Assembly (NCBI GenBank): GCA_028867595.1
Contig: JAGWGB010000001.1
Location: 73,630-137,629, forward strand
Length of the DNA stretch: 64,000 bases
Origin: Nitrososphaerota archaeon
GTDB lineage: Archaea; Thermoproteota; Nitrososphaeria; Nitrososphaerales; Nitrosopumilaceae
Reading direction: 5' to 3'
This document shows positions 58,966 to 64,000 of this stretch, piece by piece. Below the pieces are notes generated by a model, which made no database searches, was not told where the DNA came from, and was given only the letters and a program-made list of their open reading frames with translations. Every line of letters starts with the position of its first letter. Position 1 is the stretch's first letter. Position numbers and translations under genes: made by a program.

Positions 58966-61022
58966 CGTTTTCCGTCGCCATCATCAATGTTTACATGAGA
59001 TTGCGATACAATTTTTGCTCTGTCTCTTCTTTCGTTAATTTTTTCAGCACTAATGTCTTCGAAGATTTTAATTTCTTCATGTTTGAAAACATTATCATTT
59101 TGTGGCATATCCTGAAGCGATGTCATCTCAATCATTTCAAGCCTTTTTCTTCGTTTTTTGATGAAAAGTCCTATTCCTATTCCAAGAAATATCACAACAA
59201 TAACGTACGTTATTGGGATTCCGTTGTAGTACATCAGATAATATGGACCATAATCAACGTGATATGGAACCATCACTGTTTGTACAAAAGCATTTGATGT
59301 ACTTGTAGAATTTTGCGACCAGTTCATCTGGATTGTGGCGGATTGATCACCTGCCACGAATTGAGGCGCCATATCCACCAGAAAGGTCGTTACAAAGGTT
59401 TGCCCAGGCAATATTGTTCCAATATTTTCCATGTTTCCAACACTTGTGATCGTATCACTCTTTACCCCGGGAACAGAATTTCCTGATAGAAGTGTAGTAG
59501 TTATCGTTTGTGCGGCAATGGCACCTACATTCTTTAGTGTGATCCTGAACGGAACATTTGTGGCTCCAGGGTATAACTGCGAATCATCCTCTGAGACCAG
59601 TTGAAATTCTGCTTTCGGGGATACAATATAGGCAACGTTTAGTGTTGTTTGTTTCCCTCCACTTGTAATTGCCAGCGAGAGAGGATAGTTTCCTGCATGT
59701 GCCATGTTATCCACATTGACAAAAAATGATGCAGTGACTGTCTGAAACGTGCTCACCCTACCAAAGTAGGCAGATGTTGCATTTCCCCACGCAGGAGCAA
59801 GACCCGAAGGAAGATGCAGCGTTGCATATACATCATCTGCGGTAAGTCCATAATTGAATATCTGTACATCTATTTTGTCACTAGTATCACCCGGATATGA
59901 AAGCGAAGGTGCAACTGTGACATTTTCAATCTTGAATACTGGTTGGTTTCCCAGAGGAAGTTCGGTTTGGTATGTCTCGTTAAACTCGTCTTCGTTAGAA
60001 TCATACTTTACTGCTACAGGGATCTGAAGTGAAAGATTATTGTTTAATGTGTAAATTCTAAGAGGAATTGTTTTCGTGACGTGGACCCCAAGATCTCCAA
60101 CCCAGATAGGTGTGTTTGTCGATACATATCCTCCACCTGATGCTGAAACTATTTGCAAATTGTGAATGGGTTGAACACCACTATTTGTAATGTCAAAAAG
60201 TATTGGAGCCACGGAATTTGGCTGGAGTGTTGTTGGACGTGCGGTTATGGACAGTAGTCCTCCAGTGGGCTGTAAAGTACTTCCAACATTAATTCCACCC
60301 GTGATAGAGCTGGGGCCGGCGTTAGATGAGGTGAAATTGAAACGGACTACATATGCACCAGCGTCTTCGGCTCTTAGTTTCCAGTTGAACTCTAGTTTTT
60401 GGTCAGGTCCTACCATGCTGTTGTATCTAGTAACATTGTCTAACAGCTGTAAACCTGCAGGTACAAAGATCTGCGCAATTATGTTATTATCTGCTACACT
60501 TGCAGCGTTTTTCAACTCAAGTCCTACAGTAAAGTTGTCATTTGGAAATATGCTTCCCGGTATGTTCAGGCCAGTCACCACAAGACTGTGTGGAGTACCT
60601 ACGTTTACCGTGACCGAAAATGTTTCATTATCATATGGAAAGTTGGAATGTGCAGTTATGACCAATGGGTACGAACCGCTGCTCCCTGCCATTACTATCC
60701 ACGTCGCACGCATGGTGTTTCCTTCATTTGTAAAGGCAAGTTTGGCAATTACTGGGCTCATGACGCTTATGCCATCCGGAGCAGAGAGCTGTACAATCAA
60801 TGCCTCCCAGTTTACGCTCTGCGACTGGATATCGGCAGTTATCTTAAATGGCTTGTCTGGAAGTGGGTTTGGGTCAACGTATACATTTGTGAAAAGAAGG
60901 CTTGGTTGTCCCTGTATCTGAAACATTGGGGTGCTTGGATATATCCCGTACGAGGAATTTTGTACAAACATGGTCAGAACTACCAATAAGACAAATACCA
61001 ACCAGAGACGCATTATTTGCAT
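58962..61022 (-). CDS. COG1361-like S-layer/CARDB-repeat surface protein with a C-terminal TM anchor
   Basis: Signal peptide; repeated 'F.V.L.L.N.G...A..I...L..P.G' Ig repeats; TM helix followed by KKRRKR. Confidence 0.75.
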   Translation of the reverse strand: MQIMRLWLVFVLLVVLTMFVQNSSYGIYPSTPMFQIQGQPSLLFTNVYVDPNPLPDKPFKITADIQSQSVNWEALIVQLSAPDGISVMSPVIAKLAFTNEGNTMRATWIVMAGSSGSYPLVITAHSNFPYDNETFSVTVNVGTPHSLVVTGLNIPGSIFPNDNFTVGLELKNAASVADNNIIAQIFVPAGLQLLDNVTRYNSMVGPDQKLEFNWKLRAEDAGAYVVRFNFTSSNAGPSSITGGINVGSTLQPTGGLLSITARPTTLQPNSVAPILFDITNSGVQPIHNLQIVSASGGGYVSTNTPIWVGDLGVHVTKTIPLRIYTLNNNLSLQIPVAVKYDSNEDEFNETYQTELPLGNQPVFKIENVTVAPSLSYPGDTSDKIDVQIFNYGLTADDVYATLHLPSGLAPAWGNATSAYFGRVSTFQTVTASFFVNVDNMAHAGNYPLSLAITSGGKQTTLNVAYIVSPKAEFQLVSEDDSQLYPGATNVPFRITLKNVGAIAAQTITTTLLSGNSVPGVKSDTITSVGNMENIGTILPGQTFVTTFLVDMAPQFVAGDQSATIQMNWSQNSTSTSNAFVQTVMVPYHVDYGPYYLMYYNGIPITYVIVVIFLGIGIGLFIKKRRKRLEMIEMTSLQDMPQNDNVFKHEEIKIFEDISAEKINERRDRAKIVSQSHVNIDDGDGKR

Positions 61023-61025
61023 AAC

Positions 61026-62228
61026 CTAGTTTTTGCGCGGTATTGTTGGATTTACAACACTTTGTTTTATTCCATCATTCCATTTTACAACTTGTACTAT
61101 AGCGTCTTTCTTTGCAAGTATTCGGTCTTTATATTGTACCAAGTCATCCAGCATCATGCTTATTTGATCATCAATGTGTCTTGTTGCCTTAAACCCGAGT
61201 TGTTTTAGTTTTTCATGATCTGCTTTGTAATAATGTTCCTCTTTTTCGACTCTGGGATTTTCTATACTTTCGATCTCCAGATCCAATCCCTTTTTGTTTC
61301 CTACATTCTTTACATGTTCGGCAAGTTCCCGTACGTTGTATTGTTCATCAAATTGGTTTACTACTCGGTATTCTCCCACCTGGGGTGGATTGTTGATGAG
61401 TATCGACAGGCATTGAATGGAATCTTCTAGAGCAAGAAAACCACGAGTCTGTCTTCCTTTTCCGTATACTGTAAGTGGATGATCTATGACAGCTTGTGCA
61501 CAGAATCGATTTATCACAGTGCCAAAAACTTCATCAAAGTCAAACCTAGTATGCAAGGCATCATGGCTTATTTCATCTGTCCTTGTTCCATAAACTATAC
61601 CCTGCATGATATCCGTGGATGTCAGATTCCACAGTTTACACGCAAACATGATATTATTACTATCATGAACCTTGGTCCAATGATACCAGCTGCCAGCCAT
61701 TTTTGGATATGGTATTAGAGCCTTCTTGCCTCTAAATTCTATTTCCATAAATCCTTCAGTTATATCAATATCATTTCCATAGCCATACTCTCCCATCGTT
61801 CCTAATTTTACTAGGTGTGCTTTTGGAGCATGTTTTCTCATGGCATAGACTACATTTAGTGTACCAGTAACGTTATTGTTTTGAGTATAAAGACAATGCT
61901 GCTGATCAATCATGCTGTATGGTGCAGATGGTTGTTCTGCAAGATGGACGATAGCATCCGGTTTAAATTTTTTAATTATATCATTTGTAAATTGTGAGTC
62001 TACCAAATTTCCTTCGTAAAAGCTAATTTTGTCCCCATATTTTTTTCTCAAAATTTCTAGTCTTTTCGACATTGGTAGTATAGGCATGGCAGACCAAGAA
62101 CCAACTTCTTCCACACATTTCCTACGAGAATAGTTATCAATGCCACAAACTTGATTTCCAAAATTTAACTGGCTTAGTGCCAGAGACCAACCAATATATC
62201 CATCCATACCTAAAATGAGAATCTTCAT
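61026..62228 (-). CDS. agl3: UDP-sulfoquinovose synthase (Agl3/SqdB/SQD1)
   Basis: 'GMDGYIGW', 'DNYSRR', 'HLAEQPSAPYSM', 'KLGTMGEYG', 'YHWTKVHDS', 'QGIVYG', 'FGTVINRFC'; start placed at ATG 62228. Confidence 0.92.
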   Translation of the reverse strand: MKILILGMDGYIGWSLALSQLNFGNQVCGIDNYSRRKCVEEVGSWSAMPILPMSKRLEILRKKYGDKISFYEGNLVDSQFTNDIIKKFKPDAIVHLAEQPSAPYSMIDQQHCLYTQNNNVTGTLNVVYAMRKHAPKAHLVKLGTMGEYGYGNDIDITEGFMEIEFRGKKALIPYPKMAGSWYHWTKVHDSNNIMFACKLWNLTSTDIMQGIVYGTRTDEISHDALHTRFDFDEVFGTVINRFCAQAVIDHPLTVYGKGRQTRGFLALEDSIQCLSILINNPPQVGEYRVVNQFDEQYNVRELAEHVKNVGNKKGLDLEIESIENPRVEKEEHYYKADHEKLKQLGFKATRHIDDQISMMLDDLVQYKDRILAKKDAIVQVVKWNDGIKQSVVNPTIPRKN

Positions 62229-62552
62229 TTCAATTTCTTGCTCCAAAACAAATAATGGTTTGAATGAATATCTGCTTTAACCTATTGTATTCATATGTAC
62301 CCATTTTCATTATTTTTTCTCAATTAAACTATATAGCAGATAACTAAGTTTTTTACAACATACAGTTATGTTAAATTATTCTGTATTCAATTAATGTTGT
62401 CTTCACAATATTCACACATAATTCCAATCTACTAACAGAGAAAATGTTATCGGTTTTTATAACATCCATCGTTCTTTAAGTAATAAACTTAAAAATGTGA
62501 CAGACAAGTTTGAGTTAGAAATAGTTCAGTTAAGATTTAAGACCAAAAGATC

Positions 62553-62861
62553 TTATCCGGACTTGGGTCCAAGCATCTCGTCGCTTTTGACGTTCTGATC
62601 CCATCGTCCCTTTATCCCTCTGAAGATGATGTATCCACCCCCGCCCATAAGAGACAAGGCCAATGCAAGATACAGAAGTGCATCATGTTCCACTTGTGTA
62701 CAACTAACATGGACGGCTGCGCCAGTAGAGTAATCGTAGCAATCATCAAACTGAGTTGCTTGCATTGCCATCTGTTGGTATTGCGAACTTCCCACACTTG
62801 CTACATAAAAGCCAGCAAAGATGATGACAGAACCAACCATTACTAGCCTAATGTCACTCAT
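62553..62861 (-). CDS. small two-TM membrane protein
   Basis: Two hydrophobic helices flanking a C-x11-C loop; 'GRWDQNVK..EM.GP' tail. Confidence 0.7.
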   Translation of the reverse strand: MSDIRLVMVGSVIIFAGFYVASVGSSQYQQMAMQATQFDDCYDYSTGAAVHVSCTQVEHDALLYLALALSLMGGGGYIIFRGIKGRWDQNVKSDEMLGPKSG

Positions 62862-62916
62862 GTGGTGGTTTTGTCATGCATAATATTTAACGTTGTGAGA
62901 TTATACTAGTGATATC

Positions 62917-64000
62917 ATGGTCTTTGGCTTTGGAAAGAAAAAAACGATAGAGGAATCGAGCCCAGAACAACAACAAAGAGAAATTTCTTTTCAGGATATC
63001 CCTCAGATCATAAAGGAGATTGAGACCCCACGCATATCAAATATACTGCAAGGAGCACAGCAAATAAAAACAAGAATAGAGTCCAATCAAAAAAACATTC
63101 ACGAATTAATCCTGCATTTGGAATCTGACGACTTGAAGCTTGATGATGTTGACAAGAACCTGAAAACGATTGGTAAAAGAGGCAAAGATGCAGTAGTATC
63201 AACCATTAAAAAAGAGACAAGGACCAAACTGACAAACATAACAAAGTATGATGATGTAGTATATCTCAATAATGAAGTAAATCAGATACTCAAAAGAATG
63301 GGTGATGTATTGGGATTGCATACCAGAGTCATGCATGTTTTCGCAAGAAAGTATGCAGATAAGCTAAAAGATGAGATTGGGGACTTGGCCCAAAACAGAA
63401 ATGCCCTACAGAGAATGATAGGGGAACAAGAGGAATTCAAAGCTAGTTCTAATTTCATACTTGAAACTATCAAAAAAATTCAAGAGTTAGAACTAGAGAA
63501 AAAACAGAAAGCCCATAGACTAAATGAAGTTATGAGGGAGAAAAGTGAAGCCACAGATGCCATTTCAAAACTAGAACAAGAAATTATCAAACTGAAATCC
63601 AGCCCAGAATATGACCAGTTTTTAGAAGTAAAAAAGAAGATAGATTCTCTGTCTCATGAAAAATACGAAATAAGAGATGTCATAGCAGCACAGTTCTCCA
63701 AAATTTCAAGACCACTTAACAAGTATAGCTATGTTTCTTCATTTGACAAGCCAATGAAAAAACTTATGGAAGAACTGATTGCAGATCCGTATCAAGTCAT
63801 ATCAGCTGAAAATAAAGATCCCATTATAGAAATTTTACAAGCCACTACAAAATCAGTTGTGGCAGGCAATGTTTCAGTCAAAGATTCTGACAAATCAGTT
63901 GAGAGCATAGAGGAAACAATAGAGCGGTTAGATGAATTTTTAAAATTAAAATCTGCATATGCAAAGAAAATTTCAGATCTAGAATCTGGCCTGCATGTCT
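62917..64000 (+). CDS. long coiled-coil protein, 3' partial
   Basis: ATG 62917 (MVFGFGKKK...), frame appears open to the window end; heptad-rich; absent from the ORF track because it has no stop in the window. Confidence 0.8.
   Translation, partial: MVFGFGKKKTIEESSPEQQQREISFQDIPQIIKEIETPRISNILQGAQQIKTRIESNQKNIHELILHLESDDLKLDDVDKNLKTIGKRGKDAVVSTIKKETRTKLTNITKYDDVVYLNNEVNQILKRMGDVLGLHTRVMHVFARKYADKLKDEIGDLAQNRNALQRMIGEQEEFKASSNFILETIKKIQELELEKKQKAHRLNEVMREKSEATDAISKLEQEIIKLKSSPEYDQFLEVKKKIDSLSHEKYEIRDVIAAQFSKISRPLNKYSYVSSFDKPMKKLMEELIADPYQVISAENKDPIIEILQATTKSVVAGNVSVKDSDKSVESIEETIERLDEFLKLKSAYAKKISDLESGLHV

Larger units (their letters stand above)
9440..62300. other. accessory region / putative genomic island (regulators, gas vesicles, exopolysaccharide and surface genes)
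   Basis: Abrupt change from housekeeping genes to accessory paralog families right after tRNA-Ser; conserved-looking genes resume at about 62.5 kb. No integrase or att repeat seen, so boundaries are approximate. Confidence 0.55.

Noticed and set aside
9410-62550. attL/attR duplication of the tRNA-Ser 3' end and an integrase defining an integrated element
   Set aside because: I found no second copy of GGTTCGAATCCCTTACCTGGCGCC and no tyrosine or serine recombinase ORF by eye, so mobility is not supported
278-63473. Many short antisense or overlapping ORFs in the track (e.g. 2849-3466, 60190-60921, 51643-52032)
   Set aside because: They are shadows of well-supported genes on the other strand or frame and show no family motifs

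Overview
AT-rich archaeal DNA, most consistent with Nitrososphaerota (Thaumarchaeota; Nitrosotalea-like gene content, an inference from protein families). Positions 1-9.4 kb are housekeeping genes: PINA-type ATPase, DtxR/MntR regulator, DUF192, acs, cdvA, thyX, fen1 and an intron-containing tRNA-Ser(CGA). A ~53 kb accessory region follows the tRNA (about 9.45-62.3 kb), with no integrase or att duplication that I could see. It contains: (i) a regulatory block (five HTH_45-like winged-helix proteins, TrmB, an extra TFB, a GvpD-like ATPase, two sensor-less histidine kinases, a receiver); (ii) a compact gas-vesicle operon with a GvpK-GvpA-family fusion and an in-operon kinase; (iii) four Spherulin-4/GH135-like hydrolases, a PIG-L deacetylase and domain-shuffled secreted FN3 proteins; (iv) an ebo-like TatD/TIM-barrel/UbiA/phosphodiesterase operon divergent from an LpxD-like acyltransferase; (v) a Pel-like exopolysaccharide locus (TPR-like, SDR epimerase, pelF-like, pelG-like); (vi) a UDP-sulfoquinovose synthase-COG1361-processive GT2-putative hydrolase operon. 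A palindrome TAGAAC-AAT-NTTCTA occurs at four promoters, linking the gas-vesicle and matrix genes. The overall hypothesis is a co-regulated 'float-or-stick' lifestyle island. All family calls are by eye from translated sequence; no database searches were run.
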